Below, piece after piece: positions 18,743-28,294 of a stretch of DNA of 64,000 bases. Made by a program: the position numbers and the translations under genes. The notes under the pieces were generated by a model that saw only the letters and a list, made by a program, of their open reading frames with translations, did not search any database and had not been told where the DNA came from. The stretch spans positions 30,345-94,344 of the IMG/VR virus record IMGVR_UViG_3300038393_001444; one strand, written 5' to 3'. Within the stretch, counting starts at the first letter, position 1. Each line of letters starts with the position of its first letter. Origin of the DNA: a virus.

Positions 18743-21456
18743 TGCCTGACGTAAAGCTCAAAGTTTCAGCCGATACCACGGGCGTCGGCGCAGCCGTCGA
18801 TAGCGTCACGCAAAAGGCCGAAGCCGCCGGCAAGAAGCTCGGGCGCGGCCCGAAGCTCAACCCGATCGACCTGAAATCTTTCGAGGATGGCCTGCGCAAG
18901 CAGGAAGAGCTCTTTTCCAAGCACCTGAAGAAGCTGCAGGATCTGGCCAAGCGCAACCCGGTGGCGATGCCGGGCGCGGGCGGCGCGCCGGCCCCTGCCG
19001 CCGGCGGCGCGGGTGGCTTGCCGCCGCTGCCGCCACCGCCGGCTCCGCTGGCCCCGCGCGGTCCTTCCCGGCCGCGCGGCCGCCACGCTTACACGCATTC
19101 CCCGGATATCTCGGACGTCGGCCGCAACCTGATCTCGGGCTTCGGCGGCGGCGCGGGCATGATCAGCCAGTACGCCACGCGCGGCGCGGTCGCCGGCGCG
19201 AACGGCGGCGGCGGCTTCCTCGGCGGCGGCCTGGGTCTGCTCAAGGGCCTGGGCATCGGCGCGCTCGCGTTCGGCGCGCTGAAGGCTGGCCAGATGGGCA
19301 GCGAGGGCATGGATCTGGCCAAGGAGCGCCTGGGCGCGCTCGATAGGCTCAAGCGCCAGCTGGGCGATCTCGGTGTCTCGTTCAATGCGTTGAAAGTCGT
19401 GAGCGAAGCCGCTGCCGAAGGCATGGGCATCAATTCGAAGGAAGCCGCCGAGCTCGCGGTGAACTTCAACCGGCTGTCGCGCGGCTCCGAGCGCACCGCC
19501 GAAGGCTTGTCGGACGCGGTGCGCACCGGCGTCGGCCTGTCGAAAGCCTACGGGCTCGATCCGTCTGCCGGCGTCGGCTTCCTGGGCAACATGCGCAACA
19601 TCGATCCGCGCCAGAACAACCGGGAACTGGCCCTGGTGCTGGCCGACACGATCGCGCGCTCGGGCATGAATGCGAAGGCCGATGAAGTCATGCAGGCGAT
19701 CACGTCGTTCGCCAGCACCACGGCGCGCATGAGCCTGTCCACGCCGAACGTCGGCGCATTCGGCAGCGCCTACGGCAGCCTGATGAGCGCGGGCTATGCC
19801 GGCATGACCGGCGACGTGGCCGCGTCGATCCTGGGCACGGCGAACTCTTCGATGATGCGCATGGGCGCGATGGGCGAAGCCGGCCAGAACTTCACCTATG
19901 CGGCATTCAAGAATGCCGGCGGCGCGGGCCTCAATCCATTCACCGCGCAGGCGCTGGCTTCCGGCGGCATCTTCGGCACCCGCGCCTCGGTGTTCGGCGA
20001 CAACACGCCGATGGCGCGCCTGTTCGGTCGCAAGGGCGTCGATATCGGCCAGCTGGCCGGCGGCGCGGGCGCGAACACGACCAACCTCGAGGCGGTGGTC
20101 GCGCAGCTCGAGCGCAGCGGCGCGTCGATCGGCATCAAGAACGACAGCCTCAAGAATTACTTCGGCCTGTCCTCGCCGCAGCAGGCGGCCGCGCTCTACA
20201 ACATGGTGCTCGACAGCCAGGGCAAGGCCGGCGGCGGCACGATCGGGCTGCTGCAGCGCGCCGGCGTCGATCCATCGAAGGTCAACGAGCGCGGGATTGC
20301 CGCGCTGGGCCGGATCGGCGCGGCCGGCAGCGTCGCCGATCTCGAAGGCATCTATGCCACGATGGCCAAGCGCACCGGCAAGGGCGCGCTGACCGATGAG
20401 GACAAGAAGCTGCACGATGCGGCCGGCACCGATTTCAACAAGCTGCAGGATGCGCTGCTGAAAATCGCCTCGGGCAAGGACATGGAGGAAACGGATTTCT
20501 CCAAGATGACCGATGCGATCAAGACCGTGGAGAGCGCGCAGATCAAGGTCGGCGATCTGCTGCTCAAGCCCCTGAACGCGATCCGCGACGGCATGCTGGC
20601 CATGGCCGGCGCGAGCAGCCCGGCGGCGCTGCGCGAAAAGGTGCTCGAGATCGGTCGCAGCGAGATCCGTGCCGCGCACGAAAAGGATTACGAAAAGGCG
20701 GCAGCCGATATCCATTACGGGGCGTGGCAGGGCAAGCATGGCGATCTGAAGGGGCTGCGCAAGGCGACCGATGACAAGATCGCGGCCGATATCGCCAAGT
20801 ATGAAGGCGAGTATGCCGCCGGCGATGTTGGCCTGGGCGTTGCGCCGGCGCAGGCCGATACCGGCGGCGCAGCCGGTGTCGCGCCGGGGTCTGGCGGCTC
20901 GAGCGCGCCGGCCGGCGATCGCCGCGCGCGCATCGCCGCGATCGAAAAGAAATACGGCCTGCCGGCGGGCCTGCTGCTCGGGCAGTGGGGCACCGAATCC
21001 TCGTTCGGCAAGAACATCGGCATGAGCAGCGCCGGCGCGATGGGGCATTTCCAGTTCATGCCGGGCACGGCCAGCCAATACGGGGTGCGCATCGGCGACT
21101 TCGATTCCGAGCTCGACGGCGCAGCGCGCTACATGAGCGATCTGCACCGCCAGAAGGGCAGCTGGAAGGGTGCGGCCTTCGCCTACAACGGCGTGGTGCA
21201 CAACTTCGCCGCCGGCGAGGATTACTGGCGCAAGGTGCAGGCCAACGGCGGCTTCCACCTGGACGATGGTGTCACGCCGATGCCGGGCGGCGCAGCGCGC
21301 GGTGGTGCGGGCGGCAGCCACGGCAAGCTGGACGTGAGCGTGACCGTGAAACAGCAGACGCCGGATGGTCGCGGCGGCATGCAGGAGCGCGTAGTGGGAA
21401 CGACAAAAGTGGCGATGCCGCGCGGTGCGGGCGCTGTTGCCGTGGAGGCGCATTGA
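18742..21456 (+). CDS. Tape measure protein with C-terminal lytic transglycosylase (SLT) domain
   Basis: 904 aa Ala/Gly-rich; TESS, AGAMGHFQFMPGTA and AYN SLT motifs. Confidence 0.9.
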   Translation: MPDVKLKVSADTTGVGAAVDSVTQKAEAAGKKLGRGPKLNPIDLKSFEDGLRKQEELFSKHLKKLQDLAKRNPVAMPGAGGAPAPAAGGAGGLPPLPPPPAPLAPRGPSRPRGRHAYTHSPDISDVGRNLISGFGGGAGMISQYATRGAVAGANGGGGFLGGGLGLLKGLGIGALAFGALKAGQMGSEGMDLAKERLGALDRLKRQLGDLGVSFNALKVVSEAAAEGMGINSKEAAELAVNFNRLSRGSERTAEGLSDAVRTGVGLSKAYGLDPSAGVGFLGNMRNIDPRQNNRELALVLADTIARSGMNAKADEVMQAITSFASTTARMSLSTPNVGAFGSAYGSLMSAGYAGMTGDVAASILGTANSSMMRMGAMGEAGQNFTYAAFKNAGGAGLNPFTAQALASGGIFGTRASVFGDNTPMARLFGRKGVDIGQLAGGAGANTTNLEAVVAQLERSGASIGIKNDSLKNYFGLSSPQQAAALYNMVLDSQGKAGGGTIGLLQRAGVDPSKVNERGIAALGRIGAAGSVADLEGIYATMAKRTGKGALTDEDKKLHDAAGTDFNKLQDALLKIASGKDMEETDFSKMTDAIKTVESAQIKVGDLLLKPLNAIRDGMLAMAGASSPAALREKVLEIGRSEIRAAHEKDYEKAAADIHYGAWQGKHGDLKGLRKATDDKIAADIAKYEGEYAAGDVGLGVAPAQADTGGAAGVAPGSGGSSAPAGDRRARIAAIEKKYGLPAGLLLGQWGTESSFGKNIGMSSAGAMGHFQFMPGTASQYGVRIGDFDSELDGAARYMSDLHRQKGSWKGAAFAYNGVVHNFAAGEDYWRKVQANGGFHLDDGVTPMPGGAARGGAGGSHGKLDVSVTVKQQTPDGRGGMQERVVGTTKVAMPRGAGAVAVEAH

Positions 21457-22922
21457 TGGCCAAGGTACGCCAGCCGAAGATCCAGATCTGGCTGCAGAAG
21501 AATGTCAGCCGCACGATGCTCGCCGGCGGGGTGCCGGCGTCGCAGCGCTATTCCGGCCGCGCGCCGGTGGTCGATCTGTCGCCCTACCTCGGCGACCATG
21601 GCGCGGTGCGGGTGATGAAGTCCGTTCGCAGCGCCGCCGGCAGCTTCTCGATCACGCTGGCCGATCGCGTCAATCCGGACGGCCTGGATTCGATGTACGG
21701 CCTGATCGAGCCGATGGACATGATCGAAATCCGGCTGGTGTCGGATGCCTACCTGATCGGCGCGCAGACGAATTTCCCGGTGCTGATGCGCGGCTTCGTG
21801 TCGGACGTGTCGCGCAGCGAAGGCATGGATGGGCAGGGCAAGCCGCAGCGCTCGGTCACGATCACCGGGCAGGATTACGGCAAGATCTGGCAGATCCAGC
21901 AGCTGTTTTTGATGCCATTCCTGCCGGCCGACGCCACGGCAATGCTGTCGAGTTTCCCGTTTTTCGCGCGCTTCGGCATCGGCGGCGATATCCAGCCGGC
22001 CGCGACCTTCGCGCAGAGCGTGGTCGACAAGCTGCTGAATCCCTATCTGGCCAGCATGAGCAAGGAAGATATCTCGCCGGTGCAGCTGCTGGGCACCGAT
22101 ATCTCGGTAACAGACGGCGCGGTGTCGCCGTTCGGCCTGGGCGGCTGGTCCGGCGGCTCGGTGTATGCGCTTCTGATGCAGTTCGGCGATGTGGGCCCCT
22201 GGAATGAGCTCTTCATCGAGGATCGGGATGACCGCCCGTATCTCGTCTATCGGCCGAACCCGTTCATGAGCGCGGACGGCAGCGAATTCATCCTGCCGCA
22301 GGCAACCGAGAACGGCCCGGGGTTTATCCCGATCACCGCCTCGGACGTGATGGGGCTGCAGGCCACGCGCAGCGATTGCGATCTCGCCAACTATTTTTGG
22401 GTGGATGCGCCGACCTACGCGATGACGCGCCCGGAGATCCAGCGCCTGGACACGTATCAGGGCGATCCGGAATCGCTGTTCGTCACCAATTACGGCAACG
22501 TCGATCCCACGCTCTACGGCACCCGGCGCATGACCGAGCAAACCCAGCAGGCCAATCCCGCCGATGTGCTGCAGGGTGTCGGCCAGCCGGCCGGCGCGGC
22601 GCGCGATGCGGCCAACCTCACGGCGGCGCAGTGGATCACGCGCCGGCGCAAGCAGCTGATCGATCAGAACCGCGACAACGTGATGTTCGAGCGCGGCGCG
22701 ATGCGCCTGAAGGGCAACCATTTGATCCGCGCCGGCAAGTATGTGCGGCTGGCGCGCGGGCGCATGGTGTCGGATTACTATGCTGTTGCCGTCACGCACG
22801 ACTACCTGCCGTTCGGCCATTACGTGACCTCGGTGCAATTCGAGCGCGGCACCGGTTTCATCGATCGGGCGCAAATGGCCGCCCCTGGTTACTCGGAAAG
22901 GGCTGTGACCGATGTTGAATAA
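21456..22922 (+). CDS. Baseplate hub protein
   Basis: TGATG overlap; GSFSITL, RGFVSDV, ITGQDYGK, IRAGKYVRL; synteny. Confidence 0.75.
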   Translation: MAKVRQPKIQIWLQKNVSRTMLAGGVPASQRYSGRAPVVDLSPYLGDHGAVRVMKSVRSAAGSFSITLADRVNPDGLDSMYGLIEPMDMIEIRLVSDAYLIGAQTNFPVLMRGFVSDVSRSEGMDGQGKPQRSVTITGQDYGKIWQIQQLFLMPFLPADATAMLSSFPFFARFGIGGDIQPAATFAQSVVDKLLNPYLASMSKEDISPVQLLGTDISVTDGAVSPFGLGGWSGGSVYALLMQFGDVGPWNELFIEDRDDRPYLVYRPNPFMSADGSEFILPQATENGPGFIPITASDVMGLQATRSDCDLANYFWVDAPTYAMTRPEIQRLDTYQGDPESLFVTNYGNVDPTLYGTRRMTEQTQQANPADVLQGVGQPAGAARDAANLTAAQWITRRRKQLIDQNRDNVMFERGAMRLKGNHLIRAGKYVRLARGRMVSDYYAVAVTHDYLPFGHYVTSVQFERGTGFIDRAQMAAPGYSERAVTDVE

Positions 22923-23757
22923 TGCCGTGACGATCGGCGTGGTGGTCGCCGCCTATCCGCAGGGAAATGCGGTCGATATCCTGCTGCCGCACGATGGCAG
23001 CCGGCTGTTCTCGGTGCCGGTAGAAGTGCCCAGCGGCTCGTCTGGTACCGGCGTGGTGGATCTGCCGGATATCGGCCTGCCGCTGGATGAGTCGCGCTGG
23101 CAGCTGACGGCCAAGCCGGAATACTATGTGCGCGCGGTGGTGCACTTCCCGAATGGACTGCCGGTCGTGTCGGGTTTCCTGCTGCCGCCGGATTCCCAGC
23201 TGCTGTTCACCGACAAGAACCGGCGCATCGTGCGCCATGCGTCCGACGTCTATACGAGCCTGGATCAGAACGGCAATTTCGAGCTCTTCCATCCGAGCGG
23301 CTTCTATGTGCGCATCGGCACGTCCACGGCCCACGAGGATCTGACGGCCAAGGATATCGGCAAGAAGTGGGCGATCAAGAAAAACACCGGCAATGCGGTG
23401 CATTTCTTCGTGTCGCAGCCGAATGGCACGTCGATCGATCTCGCGCCGGATGGCTCGCTGAAGATCAACACCACGTCCACGGTGAACGTCACGGCCGGCG
23501 GCGCGGCCACGGTCAAGGCCCCATCGGCGACGATCGATTCCCCGTCCACGCACTGCACGGGTACGCTGCAGGTGGATGGCAAGATCACCGGCACCGGCGG
23601 CTTGGCCATTTCCGGCGGCGGGAGCGGCGCGGCGGCCACGATCACTGGCACGATGGCGGTGACTGGCGGTGATGTGACGGCCGATAGCATCAGCCTGAAG
23701 GGTCACAAGCATGGCGGCGTCCAGACCGGCAGCGGCACCACGGGAACGCCGCAGTAG
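22912..23757 (+). CDS. Baseplate central spike (gpV/gp45-like)
   Basis: C-terminal SLKGHKHGGVQTGSGTTGTP HxH apex motif. Confidence 0.88.
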   Translation: MLNNAVTIGVVVAAYPQGNAVDILLPHDGSRLFSVPVEVPSGSSGTGVVDLPDIGLPLDESRWQLTAKPEYYVRAVVHFPNGLPVVSGFLLPPDSQLLFTDKNRRIVRHASDVYTSLDQNGNFELFHPSGFYVRIGTSTAHEDLTAKDIGKKWAIKKNTGNAVHFFVSQPNGTSIDLAPDGSLKINTTSTVNVTAGGAATVKAPSATIDSPSTHCTGTLQVDGKITGTGGLAISGGGSGAAATITGTMAVTGGDVTADSISLKGHKHGGVQTGSGTTGTPQ

Positions 23758-23764
23758 TGCCCCT

Positions 23765-23780
23765 GTCGTGATGCAACACT
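23765..23780 (+). promoter_or_regulatory. Late-promoter motif copy 7 (GTCGTGA-tgc-AACACT)
   Basis: ATG 23787 6 nt downstream. Confidence 0.75.
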
Positions 23781-23786
23781 TGGGGC

Positions 23787-24932
23787 ATGACCGCCCCATC
23801 CAGCCAGAAAGCCGATGCCCGGCCGATCTCCTTCGTATTTTGGGATCGGGCCGGCGGCGCGCAGCCGCAGACGATGACGCTGGCCATCCGGCCGGAAGAG
23901 CTCACGCGCGCCATGCCATCGCGCGCGGTGGTGCAGCAAACGCTGGGCGATCCGTATGTCGATTCCTTCGGCGAGGGCCTGCCCACGATCACGCTGGCCG
24001 GGCATACCGGCTGGCGGCCGGGCCTGTCCTCGAGCGATCCTGGCGATGGTCTGGCGCGCTTCCAAGCCCTGAAGGAAATGGTGTTCACGAACTGGCACCG
24101 CCGGCGCGCCGCCGCGATCGAGGCGGGCCTTGATCCGGATGGCGTCGAACTGACCTTCTCCGATGCGCTGGACAATTTCTCGGTGCGCGTCATGCCGATG
24201 CAGTTCGTCCTGCGCCGCTCGCGCAGCCGCCCGCTGCTTTGCCAGTATCAGATCCAGCTGGTGGAGCTCACTACCGAACTCGATGCGCAGCCGCTGGAAA
24301 AAAAGCTGTCGGCCCTGGAAAAGCAGAAGCTCGGGCTGGCGTCGCTGACCGACTCGATCAACAAGATCGCCGGCCAGATCAACAACGTGAAAGCCTGGAT
24401 CGATGCCACGCTGGTCGCGCCGGTCAAAGCCTTCATGCAGCAGACGCAGGCGCTGTTCTCGGCGGTCAAAAACGTGGTGGCCGCCGTCGATGGCGTGGCC
24501 GGCTCGCTGATCTCGGTGGCGCAAATGGCCGCGCAAGCCGGCGCGAACTTGTTCCGCTCGCTGGCCACGGTCGCCGCGCTGCCGTCGCTGGCCAAGCAGC
24601 GCTTAATGGAGATCGGCAGCGCCTACGTCAACGTGTTTTGCGTGATGAAGAATGCGCTGCTGCAGAAAGTAACTTTCCAGTCCTTCGACGGTATCCTGGG
24701 CGCGTCCGGCTGCTCGTCCACGGCCGGCGGCGCGCCGCTGTCGGCCTTCGGCAGCGGCAACACCTTCGCCTCGGTGCTGCCGCTGGCGTCGAAGCTGCCG
24801 GTGTCGCTGACCTCGGGCGCGCAGAGCGGGCTGGCCAAGCTGGCGCAGGCCGATATCGTCAATGCGCCGCTGTCCTCGGGTGATCTGAAAAGCGCGGTGA
24901 CCGCCGCCTCGACCATGGTGGTGACGGCATGA
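23787..24932 (+). CDS. Tail tube initiator-like baseplate protein
   Basis: IRPEEL..QQTLG..YVDSFGEG..ITLAGHTG pattern plus helical C-half. Confidence 0.65.
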   Translation: MTAPSSQKADARPISFVFWDRAGGAQPQTMTLAIRPEELTRAMPSRAVVQQTLGDPYVDSFGEGLPTITLAGHTGWRPGLSSSDPGDGLARFQALKEMVFTNWHRRRAAAIEAGLDPDGVELTFSDALDNFSVRVMPMQFVLRRSRSRPLLCQYQIQLVELTTELDAQPLEKKLSALEKQKLGLASLTDSINKIAGQINNVKAWIDATLVAPVKAFMQQTQALFSAVKNVVAAVDGVAGSLISVAQMAAQAGANLFRSLATVAALPSLAKQRLMEIGSAYVNVFCVMKNALLQKVTFQSFDGILGASGCSSTAGGAPLSAFGSGNTFASVLPLASKLPVSLTSGAQSGLAKLAQADIVNAPLSSGDLKSAVTAASTMVVTA

Positions 24933-25549
24933 GCAGCGTGTTCGATCGTGAGCGCATCGGCTTCCGGTTCGTGGAAGTGCAGCAGGATGATTCGCTGCAG
25001 CTGATCGCCTTCCGCGCGCTGGGCGACGCGGCGCGCTGGACCGAACTGATCGCCTACAACAACCTGATCCCGCCCTTCGTTACCAACGACGCCACGATCA
25101 CGGCGGCCGGCGTGCTGCATCCCGGCGACTTGATCATGGTCCCGGCGGTCACGGCGGCAGCGGCCGCCGCGCAGAACGTCGGCGACGATGTGCTTCTGAC
25201 CGATGCGGCGCTGGTCAACCGCCGCCTGGGCGCGGCCAATGGCGATTTCGCGCTGGTGTCGGGGCTGGCCAACCTGAAGCAGGCGCTGATCAATGCGCTG
25301 GATACCGATCGCGGCGACCTGATTTTCCATCCGCAGTACGGCTCGCTGATCCGCCGCATCATCGGCGCGGTCAACGGCCCCACGGCCACGCTGCTCGCGG
25401 CCGAGTATGCGAAGGGGCCGGTGGCGGCCGATCCGCGCATCCTGCGCGTGACCTCGGCGGTGGCGGTGGCCGATGGCGACGCCATCCGCGTCACGATCGA
25501 AGCCGAAAGCGCGCTCGGGCGGCAAGTCGCCGTGGATGCAACTCTGTAA
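24929..25549 (+). CDS. LysM-like (gpX) domain fused to gp25/W-like sheath initiator
   Basis: VQQDDSLQLIA..LGDAARW..IAYNNL then VSGLANLKQAL..RGDLIFHPQYGS. Confidence 0.75.
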   Translation: MSSVFDRERIGFRFVEVQQDDSLQLIAFRALGDAARWTELIAYNNLIPPFVTNDATITAAGVLHPGDLIMVPAVTAAAAAAQNVGDDVLLTDAALVNRRLGAANGDFALVSGLANLKQALINALDTDRGDLIFHPQYGSLIRRIIGAVNGPTATLLAAEYAKGPVAADPRILRVTSAVAVADGDAIRVTIEAESALGRQVAVDATL

Positions 25550-25561
25550 GGAACGGGCAAC

Positions 25562-26677
25562 ATGGCATTTCAGACCAAGGACTTCGTATCGATCGCCGCA
25601 TCCATGATCAACTGGATGAAGGCCGCACAGCAGAAGGTCACCGATTTTTCCATCGGCTCGGTGGTGCGCACGATGCTGGAATCCATCGCCGCCGAGATCG
25701 AGCAGCTGTACCAGCAAATGTTCATCGGCCTGAAAGAAGCGATTCCGGTGGCGGTGTACAACACCTTCTCGTTCACCAAGATCGGCGCGATCCCTGCGAC
25801 CGGCACGATCCGCGTCACGGTCACGTCCTCGGCGTCGAGCCTGCTGATCCCGTCCGGCACTGCCTTCGCGCTGGTCACGGGCGCGCAGTACCTGTCCACG
25901 TCGGACGTGACGATCGCCGCCGGCAACACCTATGCCGATGTGCCCGTGGCTGCCGCCGTGCCCGGCGCAGCAGGCAATCTCACGGCCGGGCAGACGTTCA
26001 CCGCCACGCCATCGCCGTCCGGCTTCGTGTCGGCGTCCAATCTCGCGCCGATCCGCAATGGCAGCGATGCCGAATCCGATGATGCGCAGAAGGTGCGCTT
26101 CAATGCCTACCTGCAGAGCCTGTCGCGCGGCACGATCGCCTCTTACCTGTACGCGCTGAACTATCTTGTGTCGCTCACGGATGCCGCCGGCAACGTCACG
26201 GAAAAGGTGGCGAGTGCCGTGGTCATCGAGCCATGGCTGACCGACAACACCCAGCCGGTGGCGAACGTGAACGTGTATATCCATAACGGCGTCGGGTCCA
26301 CCAGCGCGGCCCTGGTCGCGCAGGCGATCAAGATCCTGACCGGGTACACGGATGCGAGCGGCAACAAGATCCCGGGCTACAAGGCCGCCGGCGTGAACCT
26401 CACCCTGGTGGCGGCTACCGAGCAGGCGGTCAACGTCACGGCCACGCTCACGGCGGTGTCGGGCTACGACAAGCCGACGCTGGTTACGGCCGCGCAGCAG
26501 GCGATCTACGGTTACCTGATCGGGCTGCCGATCGGTGCGCCGGCGCTGTTCGCCGAGATCGTGCAGCTGGCCATGGATATCCCGGGCGTCTATAACTTCG
26601 CGCTCACCGCGCCGGCGGCCGATACCACGCCGGCTTCCTCGGGCAAGATCATGCCCGGCACGATCACGATCAGCTGA
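25562..26677 (+). CDS. Baseplate J-like wedge protein
   Basis: GSVVRTMLE, IPSGT, GSDAESDD..R, YKAAGV motifs. Confidence 0.9.
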   Translation: MAFQTKDFVSIAASMINWMKAAQQKVTDFSIGSVVRTMLESIAAEIEQLYQQMFIGLKEAIPVAVYNTFSFTKIGAIPATGTIRVTVTSSASSLLIPSGTAFALVTGAQYLSTSDVTIAAGNTYADVPVAAAVPGAAGNLTAGQTFTATPSPSGFVSASNLAPIRNGSDAESDDAQKVRFNAYLQSLSRGTIASYLYALNYLVSLTDAAGNVTEKVASAVVIEPWLTDNTQPVANVNVYIHNGVGSTSAALVAQAIKILTGYTDASGNKIPGYKAAGVNLTLVAATEQAVNVTATLTAVSGYDKPTLVTAAQQAIYGYLIGLPIGAPALFAEIVQLAMDIPGVYNFALTAPAADTTPASSGKIMPGTITIS

Positions 26678-26679
26678 CG

Positions 26680-27798
26680 ATGAAGCTCACGCAAAAACTG
26701 CTCGGGTTCTTCGGCCGGGTCTTTTCGAAGAACCCGGATGCCTTCCTGGCGCTGCGCTTGCGCTACAACGGCGGCATGTCCTGGGCGATTGCGGACGGCA
26801 TGCTGACCACGGTCGTGTCCGGCGGCATCGGGAGCAATCTGTCGATCGATCTGACGCAGTACACGGTGCGCCAGCTGGTGGCGTTCCTGGCGGCGCAGCC
26901 CGGCTACTCGGTCGCCTACGCCGAGACGGGCCAGCTTGCGGATCTGTCGGCGCGGGTGCTGATCGATGGCGGCGCGAACATCGCCGATTCGAATGGCGAC
27001 CACATTTCCGGCTACACCAACCTGTTGTGGGCCTTTGTCGACGCCGGCGGCGGGGAGCTCGAGCATGCGGCCGCGCAGATCGATCAAATGCTGCTGCAGC
27101 TGGACACGCATACGGCCAGCGCCGAGTGGCTGGACGAGCTCGGCGGCTATTACGGGGTGCCCCGGCTGCAGGGCGAATTCGACGCGCAGTATGCGCCGCG
27201 CATCATCGCCGAAGTGCTGCGCCCGCGCGACAACAACATCGCCATGGAGCTCGCGCTGCAGCAGTACACCGGGCAGCCGGCGCAGGTGGTCGACGTGGTC
27301 GAATACGGCAGCGGCACCGGGGTGTTCATCTACAACAGCGCCTATTCCTACAACGGCGCGAAGCAATACAACAGCGCGAGCCAGCCGATCTACGGCAAGT
27401 TCGACGTGGTGTATTCCTACGATCTGCTGGGCGGCACCGATCCGAACGCCTTCGCGCAAACGATCCGCGATCTGATCAACCGGCTGCGCGCGGCGGGTAC
27501 GCACTTGCGCGCGATGAGCCTGCAGACGTCGGCCATCATGGATACGGTCACGCCGCCGACCGATGGCGGCGATCTGCAGTTCGCCGGCGCGCTGGCGCTG
27601 GGCGATACGGTCGCAACTCCTGGCGACTCCATGAGTTTGTTGCAAGCGGCCATGGCGGCGCTCGCCGATACGGTGGCCGCAAGCACGGACACGATCAGCT
27701 TGTCGATCACTTCCGGCGCGGTGTATGGCGGCAACCGCAGCTTCAACAGCGCCATCACCTACAGCAACACCGGGACGCCGGCGGCGGAATCCTTCTAG
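26680..27798 (+). CDS. Baseplate wedge protein (gpI-like)
   Basis: TASAEWLDELGGYYGVPRLQGEFDAQY..RI and RAAGT motifs. Confidence 0.8.
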   Translation: MKLTQKLLGFFGRVFSKNPDAFLALRLRYNGGMSWAIADGMLTTVVSGGIGSNLSIDLTQYTVRQLVAFLAAQPGYSVAYAETGQLADLSARVLIDGGANIADSNGDHISGYTNLLWAFVDAGGGELEHAAAQIDQMLLQLDTHTASAEWLDELGGYYGVPRLQGEFDAQYAPRIIAEVLRPRDNNIAMELALQQYTGQPAQVVDVVEYGSGTGVFIYNSAYSYNGAKQYNSASQPIYGKFDVVYSYDLLGGTDPNAFAQTIRDLINRLRAAGTHLRAMSLQTSAIMDTVTPPTDGGDLQFAGALALGDTVATPGDSMSLLQAAMAALADTVAASTDTISLSITSGAVYGGNRSFNSAITYSNTGTPAAESF

Positions 27799-27802
27799 CG
27801 CG

Positions 27803-27818
27803 GTCGTGATTCGATCAT
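27803..27818 (+). promoter_or_regulatory. Late-promoter motif copy 8 (GTCGTGA-ttc-GATCAT)
   Basis: Consensus match; downstream gene has AGGAGG RBS. Confidence 0.7.
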
Positions 27819-27841
27819 CGCGGCTATAGGAGGAAAGCCGC

Positions 27842-28285
27842 GTGAAATTAACCGACGATGTGAAAGGCCCGACCGGGCGATTTGTGCTGAACGTGTTCAA
27901 GCACGGCCAGCTGATCGAACGCTTCGAAGAAGACAACTTGGTGGTGGATGCGTCCAAGCAGCCGCTGGCCAAGCTGCTCGGCGGCTCTGTTACCAATCAG
28001 TCCGTCACGCAAATCGCCTTCGGCACGAACGGCACGGCTCCCGCCAACAGCAACACGGCGATCACGAGCCCCTACACCAAGGGCTTCGATTCGGTCACGT
28101 ACCCGGCAAGCAATCAGGTGTCCTTCAACTTCTCGCTCGGCTCCACGGAAGACAACGGCGTGGCCATCATCGAGTTCGGCCTGCTCACGGCTGCCGGTGC
28201 GCTGTTTGCGCGCAAGGTCCGGTCCTCGGCCTTGAACAAGGACACCGATATCTCTTTCACCGGCAGCTGGATCATCAGCTTCTAA
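27842..28285 (+). CDS. Tail fibre attachment/collar-like protein
   Basis: DNLVV, IAFGTNGT, EFGL..GALFAR motif; GTG start with RBS. Confidence 0.75.
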   Translation: MKLTDDVKGPTGRFVLNVFKHGQLIERFEEDNLVVDASKQPLAKLLGGSVTNQSVTQIAFGTNGTAPANSNTAITSPYTKGFDSVTYPASNQVSFNFSLGSTEDNGVAIIEFGLLTAAGALFARKVRSSALNKDTDISFTGSWIISF

Positions 28286-28294
28286 GGATAGGCC

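Noticed and set aside
18766-21453. 895-aa minus-strand ORF (similarly 10223..12229, 15913..17688, 49846..52497)
   Set aside because: Mirror frames of clear genes, with no motifs or RBS
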